A program made the position numbers and the translations under genes. Source: Clostridiales bacterium UBA7573 (GTDB taxonomy: Bacteria; Bacillota; Clostridia; Oscillospirales; CAG-272). Taken from it: DNA of 54,311 bases. The stretch is from positions 1 through 54,311 of the forward strand of contig DLLB01000083.1 in assembly GCA_002477905.1 (NCBI GenBank), given 5' to 3'. This document shows, one piece after another, positions 16,949 through 26,687 of this stretch. How positions within the stretch are numbered: the stretch's first letter is position 1; every line of letters starts with the position of its first letter. The notes beneath the pieces are model-generated. The model saw nothing but the letters and a program-made list of their open reading frames with translations. It had not been told where the DNA came from and made no database searches.

Positions 16949-19018
16949 ATGGAACTTGCATTGATCGGGGCGCCGAATACAGGAAAAACCACCGTATTCA
17001 ACGCGCTGTGCAAACGGCACGAAAAGACAGGGAATTTCGCGGGCATCACGGTCGCGCCAGCCTATGGTAAGCTCTGTACGGATCCCTCCGTCACTCTGGT
17101 GGATCTGCCCGGAATCTATGCGCTTGCCACATTGTCTTTGGAGGAACGCGTTACACGCAACTACCTGCAAACACAAAAACCGGATGGGATCGTTACCGTC
17201 CTGGACGCGACGCATCCGGAAAAAAGCCTTGCACTGTTGTTACAGCTTACGCCGCTTGGTTTTCCGATACTCGCGGTGTTCACCATGACCGATCTGCTTG
17301 CCCCAAAGGGGTTACAATTTTCAGACTCTGCTTTCGCCCGCGTAAGCGGCGTTCCGTGTCTGCGTGCAGATTCCCTCTCCCCACAAACGTTCCTTGCGGC
17401 AGTCCGTCACGCGCTCGCCGCCCCCCAAAATTATATTTTACCGAACATCGACACCCAACCCTGCTTACGCACCTGTTTTGCCGGTCTTTCTACTCCAATG
17501 CTTTCCCCTGCACTGACGGCGTTGGATCGGTTTCTTGCCGACGAATCGCTTCCCCAAAAGTTTGCGCACCGTTTTGCAAATTTCGAGAAAGAAACGTTGC
17601 GAAAAGCGTTGACTGCCGCCCGATTTGCCGCCGTAGAACACCTGCAGACGGCAGCGTGGCAAAACACTGAAGCGACAAAAACCGGCTTTTCCCGTGCCGA
17701 TCGGTTACTGTTGCACAAGTTTTTTGGATTACCGCTTTTCTTTTTGTTGCTCAGTGCGGTTTACTTCGGATGTATCGTACTTCCGCCAAAGCTCCTTTCG
17801 CTGATTCCGGCTGCGTTTTCCCCTTTGTTACGCTTGCAGGACGCCATTGCTGTCTCTGCGCTTTCCCCATTTTGGAAAGCCTTTTTCCTGCAAGGGATCG
17901 GCGCGCCGATTCAGATGATTAAAAGTTTTCTGGTACAATTGACGCTTTTGTTTTTCTGCCTTGCTTTTTTGGAGGAATGCGGTTATCTTGCGCGGGTTGC
18001 CTTTCTGCTGGACCGTCCGTTCTCCAAAATCGGATTATCCGGAAAGGCGCTGGTTTGTTATCTGCTTGGCTGCGGATGCAGCGTCTGCGGAATCCTCGCC
18101 TGTCGAAGCGCGGAGGACGGCAACCGCAGAAAGCTCCTATGTGCAACCGTTCCGCTGCTTCCTTGCAGTGCGAAACTGCCGGTGCTTGCCTTATTTTACG
18201 AAGTGTACGGACCACCGGCACTCTGTGCCATTCCCTTGTGTCTCATCGCCGCATTCGGCAGTGCGGCTTTTCTCTCCCGTTTTCCGCGCTTTCAAACCGA
18301 TGGTCTGCCGTTTTTCTTAGAACTACCGGACTATCATTTCCCGCGTTTGCGGGTTCTTTTGCGCAGTGTCGGCGGCAGACTCGCGGACTTCTGCAAAAAA
18401 GCGCTGACCGTTTTACTTCCGGCATCCGTGCTCCTGTTTTTGCTTACGCATATCGGCATACAGAATGCCCGGCTCTGTTATACGGAACCGGGTAACGCTT
18501 CCCTGCTGTTTTTCGCCGCAAGTTCCCTGCGCGCATGGTTCGCACCGCTCGGATTCGGAAATCCGCAGACAATCTGCGCTACCCTTTTCGGAACCTTTGC
18601 AAAAGAGGGAATCGTCACCGTGTTACTCGCATTTGCCGCGGCGGACGGGCAATCCGTTTCCCAAGCGCTTTGCGCATGGCTCCCAACTTTATCCTGCGGC
18701 ATGTCTTTTCTGCTGTTCCAGTTATTCTGCCCGCCATGTTTTGCCGCCATCAGCGCCATGGCAAAAGAATGTGCCGACCGCGCAACTTTCCGTTTCCTGC
18801 TTTTTTATCAAAATCTGCTTGCCTGCTCCGTTTCCTGCTTCTGCTATGCTGTCTGCGGCAGGCATTTTTCCCTTTCCACCCTGTCGATGGGGCTTCTGCT
18901 TGCCGGACTTTGGCTCCTACTTTGCCAAAGCGGACGACAACGACCGCGCCCCTGTACTGCCGCATGCAAGTTTTGCAATCCCTTTCCTCAAAAAGACGGA
19001 ACCGTAGACCACCCTTAA
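16949..19018 (+). CDS. feoB: FeoB-type ferrous iron transporter (G domain + polytopic permease)
   Basis: G1 GAPNTGKT, G2 GITVA, G3 DLPG, then a ~500-aa multi-TM domain. The start is ATG 16949 (MELALIG) or GTG 16940. There is no feoA-size ORF upstream. Confidence 0.85.
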   Translation: MELALIGAPNTGKTTVFNALCKRHEKTGNFAGITVAPAYGKLCTDPSVTLVDLPGIYALATLSLEERVTRNYLQTQKPDGIVTVLDATHPEKSLALLLQLTPLGFPILAVFTMTDLLAPKGLQFSDSAFARVSGVPCLRADSLSPQTFLAAVRHALAAPQNYILPNIDTQPCLRTCFAGLSTPMLSPALTALDRFLADESLPQKFAHRFANFEKETLRKALTAARFAAVEHLQTAAWQNTEATKTGFSRADRLLLHKFFGLPLFFLLLSAVYFGCIVLPPKLLSLIPAAFSPLLRLQDAIAVSALSPFWKAFFLQGIGAPIQMIKSFLVQLTLLFFCLAFLEECGYLARVAFLLDRPFSKIGLSGKALVCYLLGCGCSVCGILACRSAEDGNRRKLLCATVPLLPCSAKLPVLALFYEVYGPPALCAIPLCLIAAFGSAAFLSRFPRFQTDGLPFFLELPDYHFPRLRVLLRSVGGRLADFCKKALTVLLPASVLLFLLTHIGIQNARLCYTEPGNASLLFFAASSLRAWFAPLGFGNPQTICATLFGTFAKEGIVTVLLAFAAADGQSVSQALCAWLPTLSCGMSFLLFQLFCPPCFAAISAMAKECADRATFRFLLFYQNLLACSVSCFCYAVCGRHFSLSTLSMGLLLAGLWLLLCQSGRQRPRPCTAACKFCNPFPQKDGTVDHP

Positions 19019-19042
19019 TCCGGTCTACGGTTCTGTTTTTTT
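19002..19042 (+). terminator. intrinsic terminator of feoB
   Basis: 9-bp stem CCGTAGACC (19002-19010) / GGTCTACGG (19022-19030), then TTCTGTTTTTTT. The stop codon lies in the loop. Confidence 0.8.
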
Positions 19043-19074
19043 GCTCCTGTCCACCACACGCAAATCAGCAAAGC

Positions 19075-19098
19075 AAAAGGAGTAGCATCCGCTACTCC
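19075..19098 (-). terminator. intrinsic terminator of rpmB
   Basis: 8-bp stem GGAGTAGC / GCTACTCC (19079-19098) with a 4-nt loop, followed on the minus strand by TTTTGCTTT. Confidence 0.7.
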
Positions 19099-19124
19099 TG
19101 ATGGATTTTCTTTTTCGTAAAATC

Positions 19125-19313
19125 TCAGTTTGCTCTCTGAATCTTGTTGGAACGCAGGCAACGGGAGCAGACATAAACAGATTTATGCGTACCGTTTACA
19201 ACTGCTTTCACTTTCTTTACGTTCGGCTTCCAGACTCTGTTGGTCTTACGGTTTGAGTGAGAAACGTTCAAACCGAATACAACGCTTTTTCCGCATACTT
19301 CACACTTTGCCAT
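19125..19313 (-). CDS. rpmB: 50S ribosomal protein L28
   Basis: MAKCEVCGKSVVFGLNVSHSNRKTNRVWKPNVKKVKAVVNGTHKSVYVCSRCLRSNK is a canonical L28. Start trimmed to ATG 19313, which has a GGAGG RBS. Confidence 0.95.
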   Translation of the reverse strand: MAKCEVCGKSVVFGLNVSHSNRKTNRVWKPNVKKVKAVVNGTHKSVYVCSRCLRSNKIQRAN

Positions 19314-19436
19314 CTTGGACACCTCCAATTTTCACAATATCGTTCTGTTCTGTATGAACGAATGACATCCGTCGAAACGCCCCGTGCATCTGCTTTTTGG
19401 GGTATGACAGACCGTTTCATAGCCAGTACAACGGAT

Positions 19437-19465
19437 ATTATAGCATACTTTTTTGAAAATTGCAA
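19437..19465 (-). promoter_or_regulatory. putative promoter of rpmB
   Basis: On the minus strand: TTGCAA (19465-19460), 17-nt spacer, TGcTATAAT (-10 at 19442-19437). This implies a ~115-nt leader. Confidence 0.55.
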
Positions 19466-19517
19466 GACTATTTTCAAAAAACTTCGATTTTTTTACAAAT
19501 CGACGCAGATTTCTCCC

Positions 19518-19546
19518 TTGACAAGCGTCTGGCGGGATGATATAAT
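19518..19546 (+). promoter_or_regulatory. putative promoter of XRE regulator 2
   Basis: Consensus TTGACA (19518-19523), 17-nt spacer, TGaTATAAT (-10 at 19541-19546). This implies a ~140-nt leader. Confidence 0.6.
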
Positions 19547-19692
19547 AAAATAAGCGTGCAAGAATTCCAAAAGGCAGGATTCTGTCATTTTGTTTTTCTT
19601 TCACACGTTCCAAATAAATTTTGTATGGCTTGATTTCACCGGGTAGTCGGGTTCCGTCTCCCGTTTCAGTTTTTAGATAAAGGAGGCTTTTT

Positions 19693-20325
19693 ATGCAGGC
19701 ATTTCGTCGCATGGTAGCAGACAATCTGATTACTCTGCGCACAGCCGCGGGAATGACGCAATCGGATCTTGGCGAAAAACTGAATTATTCTGACAAATCC
19801 ATTTCCAAATGGGAACGTGCGGAAGCACTTCCCGATGTTTACGTCCTAAAACAGATCAGCGAGATTTTTCATGTCAGCGTGGACTATCTGCTCACCCCAC
19901 ATGTGGGGGAGGAGCTTCCGCCGGAAACAGAACCGGCAAAGGAGCGTCGCTCCCGCAAGTCCATCATCACCGCCATCGCGGTCGCGGGGGTACTTGCGCT
20001 TGCCATGCTGATATTCGTTGTCACATGGATTTTATATAAGCCGGTGTTTATGATTTTTGTTTACACATTACCGGTTGCGATCATTGTTCTGATCGTGCTC
20101 GGTTCCGTATGGCAGGGGGGACGATATAACATTCCGTTGATTTCCCTGCTTGTCTGGAGCATTTTGTTAACCATTTACCTGACGTTGCGCGTAACCGGTG
20201 CCGGAAACAACTGGCAGTTGTTTTTGTTGGGGATCCCTGCGCAGATCGTCGTCATTTTGTGCTATATTTTACAGATCAAATTTCGCAAAGCACGCGCAAA
20301 AGCCATCCCCAAAAGCGATCCGTAA
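19693..20325 (+). CDS. membrane-tethered XRE-family HTH regulator (HTH + 4 TM), paralog 2
   Basis: Same architecture as 16272-16856 (LRTAAGMTQSDLGEKLNYSDKSISKWERAEALPDVYVL plus 4 TM). AAGGAGG RBS. Confidence 0.88.
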   Translation: MQAFRRMVADNLITLRTAAGMTQSDLGEKLNYSDKSISKWERAEALPDVYVLKQISEIFHVSVDYLLTPHVGEELPPETEPAKERRSRKSIITAIAVAGVLALAMLIFVVTWILYKPVFMIFVYTLPVAIIVLIVLGSVWQGGRYNIPLISLLVWSILLTIYLTLRVTGAGNNWQLFLLGIPAQIVVILCYILQIKFRKARAKAIPKSDP

Positions 20326-20386
20326 CACCATTCATACGAAAAAAGCCCGTTTTTGCTGAAAAAATCAAAAAATATCGGAAAATCCG

Positions 20387-20415
20387 TTGACAAGCCAAGA
20401 AAAAAAGGGTAAAAT
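20387..20415 (+). promoter_or_regulatory. putative promoter of the yicC-remA-gmk-rpoZ-priA... block
   Basis: TTGACA (20387-20392), 17-nt spacer, TAAAAT (20410-20415). Confidence 0.55.
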
Positions 20416-20487
20416 GAAAAAGAAATCAGGATATGAAGTTCTTTCATTATTTTATAGATGTCATCGGAATCCATCGGAAAGGACATT

Positions 20488-21375
20488 ATGGCAATCAGTA
20501 TGACCGCGTTTGGGCGTGCGCAAAGCACGGTTGCCGGCAAACGCATCACCTGTGAAATCCGCTCCGTCAACGGCAGGTATTTGGATCTTTCCATCCGCTT
20601 ACCCCGTGCCTACGGATTTTTAGAAGAAAAGGTCAAAGCATTTTTACAAAACGGCGGGATCAACCGCGGAAAAGTGGATGTCTCTCTCGTCGTAGAACAG
20701 ACGGAAGCACCGTCTGCCGCAGTGGAAGTCAATCTGCCGCTTGCAAAAAGCTATTATCAGGCGTTGTGTTCCTTACGCGACGCACTTGGCTTGCAGGACG
20801 ATATCAGCGTCATGCGCATCGCACAAAACCGAGATCTGTTTACGGAAATTACCGTGGAAGAAGATCCGGACACGCTTTGGGCACAGTTGCAGCCGGTTCT
20901 CTCTGACGCGCTCACCGCATTTCTCGCGACGCGTCGTGCAGAGGGCAAACGGCTGTGTGCTGATCTTGCCGAAAAAAAGGCGCGATTGGTCACGCTTGCA
21001 AATCAGATTGCGGCACGTGCGGAGATAGGCGTCAGCCAATACCGCGCGCGTCTGGAAGAAAAACTGAATCAAGTGCTTGCGGAAAAAGGATTGCAATATG
21101 AGGAAGCACGAGTTTTGACAGAATGTGCCATTTTTGCAGACCGAATTGCCGTAGACGAAGAACTGGTACGCTTGAACAGTCACTTTGAAGCCTTTGACAC
21201 CATGCTTGCCGCAGACGAACCGGTCGGCAGAAAGTTGGATTTTCTCTTGCAGGAAATGAACCGGGAGGTCAATACGACCGGCTCCAAAGCAAACGATCTG
21301 ACCATCACCAAATGCGTCATTGAAATGAAGAACGAACTGGAGAAAATCCGGGAACAGGTTCAGAATCTGGAGTGA
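20488..21375 (+). CDS. yicC: YicC-family stress-induced protein (putative endoribonuclease)
   Basis: N-terminus MAISMTAFGR and C-terminus LLQEMNREVNTTGSKAND are typical YicC signatures. Start trimmed to ATG 20488, which has a GGAAAGGA RBS. Confidence 0.88.
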   Translation: MAISMTAFGRAQSTVAGKRITCEIRSVNGRYLDLSIRLPRAYGFLEEKVKAFLQNGGINRGKVDVSLVVEQTEAPSAAVEVNLPLAKSYYQALCSLRDALGLQDDISVMRIAQNRDLFTEITVEEDPDTLWAQLQPVLSDALTAFLATRRAEGKRLCADLAEKKARLVTLANQIAARAEIGVSQYRARLEEKLNQVLAEKGLQYEEARVLTECAIFADRIAVDEELVRLNSHFEAFDTMLAADEPVGRKLDFLLQEMNREVNTTGSKANDLTITKCVIEMKNELEKIREQVQNLE

Positions 21376-21381
21376 TCAAAT

Positions 21382-21657
21382 ATGCGATTTATCAATATCG
21401 GTTACGGCAACATGGTTGCGGATACCCGCGTCGTCACTTTGGCAAGTCCGGAATCCGCCCCCATCAAACGGTTGATCGCGGATGCCAAAAAATCCGGTCG
21501 CGCCATTGACGTCACCTGCGGCAGACGTACCCGTGCGGTGATCGTCACCGACAGCGACCATGTCATTCTGTCCGCCATCCGCACGGAAGCAATCGTCAAC
21601 CGTCTCAATGGCTATACGGAGGACGACGAGGACGAAGGCGAGGAGGAAGAAACATGA
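21382..21657 (+). CDS. remA: RemA/DUF370-family regulator
   Basis: INIGYGNMV...[11 protein letters not shown]...[19 protein letters not shown] matches B. subtilis RemA as I recall it. It has an acidic C-terminal tail. Confidence 0.88.
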   Translation: MRFINIGYGNMVADTRVVTLASPESAPIKRLIADAKKSGRAIDVTCGRRTRAVIVTDSDHVILSAIRTEAIVNRLNGYTEDDEDEGEEEET

Positions 21658-22289
21658 TCAAACCCACCACACGCGGTAATTTGTATGTACTTTCCGGTCC
21701 TTCCGGCAGCGGCAAAGGAACGGTGCGTGCCGAATTACTGAAATACGACAATCACTTCGGATTTTCGGTTTCCTGCACCTCCCGTAAAATGCGGGAAGGA
21801 GAAACGGACGGCGTACACTATCATTTTTTATCCAGAGAACAGTTTGAAGCCGCCATTGAAGCAGGACGCTTTGTGGAATGGACGGTTTTTTGCGGCAATT
21901 ACTACGGTACGCTTTTCTCCGAGATTGAACAACAGCTTGCAGAAGGCAAAGATATGATCGTGGAAGTGGAAACGCTTGGCGCAAAGAACATCCGCAAACA
22001 TTATCCGGACGCAGTGTTGCTTCTGATACTGCCGCCGGATTTTGCAACGCTCAACCGCCGCTTAAGCGGGCGGCATACCGAATCGGAAGAACAGATCCGC
22101 GCCCGCATGGAAACCGCCAAGAAAGAGCTTTTGGAAGCCGATCAATACGACTATCTGATTATCAATCACGACGACGGGGTTCAGCGTGCGGCACAGCAGA
22201 TCTTAGAGATTGTCCATGCCTCTGCGCATCGCCCCATCCGTTATCCCGATCTGTTCGCAGATTTTTTTGAAACCGACCAAACGTCATAA
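21654..22289 (+). CDS. gmk: guanylate kinase
   Basis: P-loop GPSGSGKGT, then [17 protein letters not shown]. The start overlaps remA by 4 nt. Confidence 0.95.
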   Translation: MIKPTTRGNLYVLSGPSGSGKGTVRAELLKYDNHFGFSVSCTSRKMREGETDGVHYHFLSREQFEAAIEAGRFVEWTVFCGNYYGTLFSEIEQQLAEGKDMIVEVETLGAKNIRKHYPDAVLLLILPPDFATLNRRLSGRHTESEEQIRARMETAKKELLEADQYDYLIINHDDGVQRAAQQILEIVHASAHRPIRYPDLFADFFETDQTS

Positions 22290-22306
22290 GCACAGGAGGA
22301 AACGCT

Positions 22307-22657
22307 ATGATTACCCCGTCTATTGAAGAATTAACCAAAGACCATTTTTACAACCGCTACACTTTGGTGGCGGCTACCGCGAAATGTGCCCGCATCGTCA
22401 CATCCGAATATGTCGAGCAAAGAGAATACGCAGAACGGCAGATTGAAACCAAAGCAACCGACAAGAGCCTGATGTCCATGATCCGTCGCGATATCTGCGA
22501 TCAGAAAGCGGTTCGCATTGCCGTCAACCGGATCTATAACAAGGAATACCGGATCGTCGAGCCACCGCTCAATGATAACGGACAGCTTTTGGAGACGGAT
22601 ACGCCTTCTGAGGAAACCGCGCCTGCTGTGACAGACGCGCCGCAGAACAATGGCTGA
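22307..22657 (+). CDS. rpoZ: DNA-directed RNA polymerase subunit omega (with C-terminal extension)
   Basis: PSIEELTKDHFYNRYTLVAATAKCARIV matches the conserved omega N-terminal region. Its position after gmk is the conserved synteny. Confidence 0.85.
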   Translation: MITPSIEELTKDHFYNRYTLVAATAKCARIVTSEYVEQREYAERQIETKATDKSLMSMIRRDICDQKAVRIAVNRIYNKEYRIVEPPLNDNGQLLETDTPSEETAPAVTDAPQNNG

Positions 22658-25178
22658 GACATTGCCGCCCCTTTCGGCTTCCGCCCAGGGGACGCAAGCC
22701 GCCGGTGTCCGGATCGCACAGATTTATTTGCTGGACGTTCCGTACGCCATTGACCGTCCGTTCGACTACTTCGTACCCCCTCACCTACGCGAAAGCGTTT
22801 GCCGCGGAAGGTTCGTCGTGGTTCCGTTCGGCGGCGGCAACCGAAAGATGTTGGGCTATGTGGCAGGCGTAAACGCCCAAGACGGTCCCATTCGCACAGA
22901 TCTGAAACCGGTGCTCTCCTGTCTGCACGCCGCGCTTACACTTCCGCAATCCTTTGAAAAACTCTGCTTTTTCTTAAAAGAACAAACTTTCTGCTCGGTT
23001 GGGGAAGCCGTTCGCGCAATGCTTCCCGCCGCGGCGTTTTCCCGCTTGAATGAAGTCTATTCCGTGCAGGATTCTTTGGCAAAAGGGGCGATCTCCTCGC
23101 TCAAACCGAAGGCTCTGCGCGTTTTTCGCTTTATTGAAGAACAAAAACACGCTACGCTGTTATCTTTACGCAGTGCGTTCGGCGTCAATGTCAACAAGCT
23201 CCTTACACAGATGGAAGCAGACGGATTTCTAAAAAAAGAAACCGACTGCAAGGAGCATCGGGTTCTGTATACCGTCACTTGGCATTTACAGATTTCCAAA
23301 GACCAGTTGCCGGACGCGCTTTCCTCTCTCACCCGTGCCAAAAAGCAAACCGCAGTTTTATCTGCGTTTCCGGATATGGACGGACAGACCACACAAGCGT
23401 TTATCCAACGGTTCGGAGAGCGCGTCACAGACACGTTAGAGTCGCTTGCGCAAAAGGGCTTTTTAAGAAAGGAACAAACCGACCGGTACCGCAATCCCTA
23501 CGCAGCAACACCCCCCCAGACACCGCTTTCACCGCCTCCGCTCAGCACGGCACAAACAGCGGCATTCTCCGCGCTCCGTGCGCTGTATGATCCTGCTTCC
23601 CCGCATTGCGCCTTGCTTTACGGGGTAACGGGAAGCGGAAAAACACAGGTCATCCGCGCGATGATCGACCATGTGCTGGCAAGCGGGCGGCAGGTGATCC
23701 TGTTGGTACCGGAAATCTCACTGACACCGCAGACGGTCCAGATCTTTTCCGCCTATTACGGAGATCAGATCGCGGTTCTGCATTCTGTGCTTTCCGATGG
23801 GGAGCGCTATGACGCATGGCGGAGGATCAAAAACGGGGAGGTGAAGCTCTGTATCGGTACCCGCTCCGCGGTATTCGCACCGTTTCCGCATTTAGGTCTG
23901 ATCGTCATGGATGAGGAACAGGAAGCCACCTACAAATCTGACAACTCCCCGCGTTATCATGCGCGAGACGTTGCGCGCTTCCGTTGTGCGAACGAAGGCG
24001 CGATGCTGTTGCTCGCATCCGCAACTCCGTCCTTGGAAAGTTATTATAAAGCACAAACCGGCGTCTATACCTTGGTTTCTTTAACCGAACGGTTCGGCGA
24101 CGCCAAGCTCCCGACTGTGGAATTTGCGGATCTGCGGCAGGACAATGACAAGGAAAAAGCCTCACCGCTTGGAAACAGGTTATGTCAACGCCTGCGGGAA
24201 GTCAAGCAAGCCGGACAACAAGCGGTCTTGTTTGTAAATCGCCGCGGGTATCACAGCGTGCTCACCTGCACCTCCTGCGGTACCGCTGTCACCTGCCCGC
24301 ATTGTAGCGTCTCCTTAACCTTTCACAAGCGCCGTGGCGCACAGGAAGGAAAACTGCTCTGTCACTATTGCGGTTATCAGCAAACCGTTCCCCTGACTTG
24401 CCCCGCCTGCGGAAAACACGCCCTCGCTTTTTTGGGATTCGGTACGCAATATGCGGAAGAAGCCCTGCAAAAAGCGTTGCCGGACGCAAAGATCCTGCGC
24501 ATGGACGCGGATACAACCGCAAATAAATTCGCTTATGACGCCATGCTGGAGCAATTCCGCCGCGCGGACGCAGACATTCTGCTCGGCACACAAATGGTCG
24601 CAAAAGGGCATGACTTTCCTAAAGTAACTTTGGTCGGCGTATTGCTTGCGGAATTATCCCTGTATGTGGATGATTTCCGCGCGGCAGAACGCACCTTTTC
24701 CCTGCTCACCCAGGTGATCGGTCGTGCCGGACGCGCAAAAGACGCCGGCTATGCACTGATTCAGACTTATGATCCGGAAAATCCGGTTTTACAAATGGCA
24801 AAAACGCAGGATTATACCGCTTTCTACGAAAATGAGATCGCACTGCGGCGATCGCTGGTATTTCCTCCGTTCTGCGATTTGTGCGCCATCCTATTTACCG
24901 CACGGGAGGAAAGCGCGTTGCTTCATGCGACCACGGCTTTTTACCAAGCGCTTCGCGCACAGCTTGCCGGCGATTTTTCCGACGTGCAGTTACTGGCATT
25001 CGGTCCTATGGAAGCACCGGTCTACAAAGTCAACGAAAAATACCGGATGCGGCTTCTGCTGAAATGCCGCTTCAACGCCCGTACCCGCGCGCTTCTGCGC
25101 ACGATGTACGCAGAGTTCAGCGACAAATTTGCACGGAAGGTGACGCTGGCAATCGACGTCAATCCCACCGCGCTCTGA
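22650..25178 (+). CDS. priA: primosomal protein N' (replication restart helicase)
   Basis: Walker A YGVTGSGKT, DEEQ box, and the Cys-rich zinc region CTSCGTAVTCPHCSVSLTFH...CHYCGYQQTVPLTCPACG. Confidence 0.95.
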   Translation: MAETLPPLSASAQGTQAAGVRIAQIYLLDVPYAIDRPFDYFVPPHLRESVCRGRFVVVPFGGGNRKMLGYVAGVNAQDGPIRTDLKPVLSCLHAALTLPQSFEKLCFFLKEQTFCSVGEAVRAMLPAAAFSRLNEVYSVQDSLAKGAISSLKPKALRVFRFIEEQKHATLLSLRSAFGVNVNKLLTQMEADGFLKKETDCKEHRVLYTVTWHLQISKDQLPDALSSLTRAKKQTAVLSAFPDMDGQTTQAFIQRFGERVTDTLESLAQKGFLRKEQTDRYRNPYAATPPQTPLSPPPLSTAQTAAFSALRALYDPASPHCALLYGVTGSGKTQVIRAMIDHVLASGRQVILLVPEISLTPQTVQIFSAYYGDQIAVLHSVLSDGERYDAWRRIKNGEVKLCIGTRSAVFAPFPHLGLIVMDEEQEATYKSDNSPRYHARDVARFRCANEGAMLLLASATPSLESYYKAQTGVYTLVSLTERFGDAKLPTVEFADLRQDNDKEKASPLGNRLCQRLREVKQAGQQAVLFVNRRGYHSVLTCTSCGTAVTCPHCSVSLTFHKRRGAQEGKLLCHYCGYQQTVPLTCPACGKHALAFLGFGTQYAEEALQKALPDAKILRMDADTTANKFAYDAMLEQFRRADADILLGTQMVAKGHDFPKVTLVGVLLAELSLYVDDFRAAERTFSLLTQVIGRAGRAKDAGYALIQTYDPENPVLQMAKTQDYTAFYENEIALRRSLVFPPFCDLCAILFTAREESALLHATTAFYQALRAQLAGDFSDVQLLAFGPMEAPVYKVNEKYRMRLLLKCRFNARTRALLRTMYAEFSDKFARKVTLAIDVNPTAL

Positions 25179-25222
25179 TCCCGTTTTTCCCCTGATCTTA
25201 CCCGAAAGGAAATCGAATTATC

Positions 25223-25705
25223 ATGGCTATTTTACAGATTTTAACCAAAGAAGATCCCACCCTGCGCAAGGTCTGCCATCCTGTCACCGAAATCACGCCC
25301 CGCATCCTGCAACTGCTGGATGATATGAAAGACACCCTGCATAAAGCCGGCGGGTGCGGACTTGCCGCGCCGCAGATCGGCGTGTTGCGTCGGGTTGTCC
25401 TCGTGGAAGTGGACGAAGGGGATCTGATCGAACTGATCAATCCGGAAATCATCGCATCGGAAGGAACGCAGGAGGAACTGGAGGGGTGTCTTTCCATCCC
25501 CGGCGCATGGGGAATCACACGCCGTCCGCAAACCGTTACGGTGCGTGCGATGAATCGCAAAGGCGAAATTTGCACTTATACCGGCAAGGATCTGAAAGCC
25601 CGCGCTTTCTGCCATGAACTCGATCATCTGGACGGAATTCTGTACACCGATCACGCCCTGCGGATGCTCAAGCCGGAGGAACTCAAAGAAATGGAGGAAG
25701 TATGA
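25223..25705 (+). CDS. def: peptide deformylase
   Basis: The three motifs GCGLAAPQIG, EGCLS and HELDH are all present. Confidence 0.96.
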   Translation: MAILQILTKEDPTLRKVCHPVTEITPRILQLLDDMKDTLHKAGGCGLAAPQIGVLRRVVLVEVDEGDLIELINPEIIASEGTQEELEGCLSIPGAWGITRRPQTVTVRAMNRKGEICTYTGKDLKARAFCHELDHLDGILYTDHALRMLKPEELKEMEEV

Positions 25706-26646
25706 CGAAACCGCTTCGCATTGTATTTATGGGAACGCCGGATTTTGCAATTCCGACGTTACAGGCACTCTGTACACATGACGGCTACACCGTCGTTGCC
25801 GTATTCACGCAACCGGACAAGCCCAAAGGCAGAGGGTATCAGCTTCTTCCGCCGCCGGTCAAAACATTTGCGCAGAAGGAACAGATTCCGGTATTTCAGC
25901 CAAAGACCTTAAAAGAGGAATCGGTTCTGCAAGATCTGCGCACGCTATGTCCGGATGTGATCGTAGTCGTTGCCTATGGCAAGATTCTGCCGCAGGCAGT
26001 GTTGGAATTGCCACGGTACGGCTGTATCAATGTGCATGGTTCCCTGCTTCCGGCATACCGCGGTGCGGCACCCATGCAACGCGCGATCTTGGAGGGGCAA
26101 AAAAAGACCGGCATCACCACGATGCAGATGGCACAGGGGTTGGACACCGGCGATATGTTGCTCCGTGCTGAGCTTCCGATTTTGCCGGATGACAATTTCG
26201 AAACCGTACACGACAAATTATCCGCGCTCGGCGCCACAACTTTGATCCAAACACTGGAACAGCTTGACACCCTTTCCCCGCAAAAACAGGACGAGGCGTT
26301 TGCAACTTATGCCGCAAAAATCGAAAAAGAGGACTGCGAACTGCATTTCTCCGACGACGCCGTTTCCCTGCATAACCGGATCCGTGCCCTCTCCCCCATT
26401 CCTTTGACCTTTACGCACCTAAAAGGAAAGCTCTTAAAGATCACCGCCGCCCATGTGGCAGACGAAACCGCCTGTGCAAATGCGATTCCCGGCACAATCC
26501 TGCTTGCGGAAAACGGACAATTGCACGTCGCCTGCGGCAAAGGCATCCTTGCAATCGACGGCGTTTTACCGGAAGGAAAAAGCCGGATGTCCGTAGCGGA
26601 TTTCCTGCGCGGCAGGCAGGGGCTGTGCGGAGAAGTGCTTGGCTGA
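25702..26646 (+). CDS. fmt: methionyl-tRNA formyltransferase
   Basis: IVFMGTPDFA..., NVHGSLLPAYRGAAPMQRAI. 4-nt overlap with def. Confidence 0.95.
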   Translation: MTKPLRIVFMGTPDFAIPTLQALCTHDGYTVVAVFTQPDKPKGRGYQLLPPPVKTFAQKEQIPVFQPKTLKEESVLQDLRTLCPDVIVVVAYGKILPQAVLELPRYGCINVHGSLLPAYRGAAPMQRAILEGQKKTGITTMQMAQGLDTGDMLLRAELPILPDDNFETVHDKLSALGATTLIQTLEQLDTLSPQKQDEAFATYAAKIEKEDCELHFSDDAVSLHNRIRALSPIPLTFTHLKGKLLKITAAHVADETACANAIPGTILLAENGQLHVACGKGILAIDGVLPEGKSRMSVADFLRGRQGLCGEVLG

Positions 26647-26687
26647 AAAAATTTCGGAATTTATCCAAAAGAAAGGATTGATTTTTC

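Noticed and set aside
19561-19600. Hairpin plus U-rich tract early in the XRE-2 leader as an attenuator
   Set aside because: The stem is only ~7 AU-rich bp with a bulge, and the U-tract is interrupted. That is too weak to call without data.
19332-19742. 136-aa minus-strand ORF in the rpmB / XRE-2 intergenic region
   Set aside because: It covers two back-to-back promoters and the XRE-2 start, and has no RBS. The region is better explained as two long 5' leaders.
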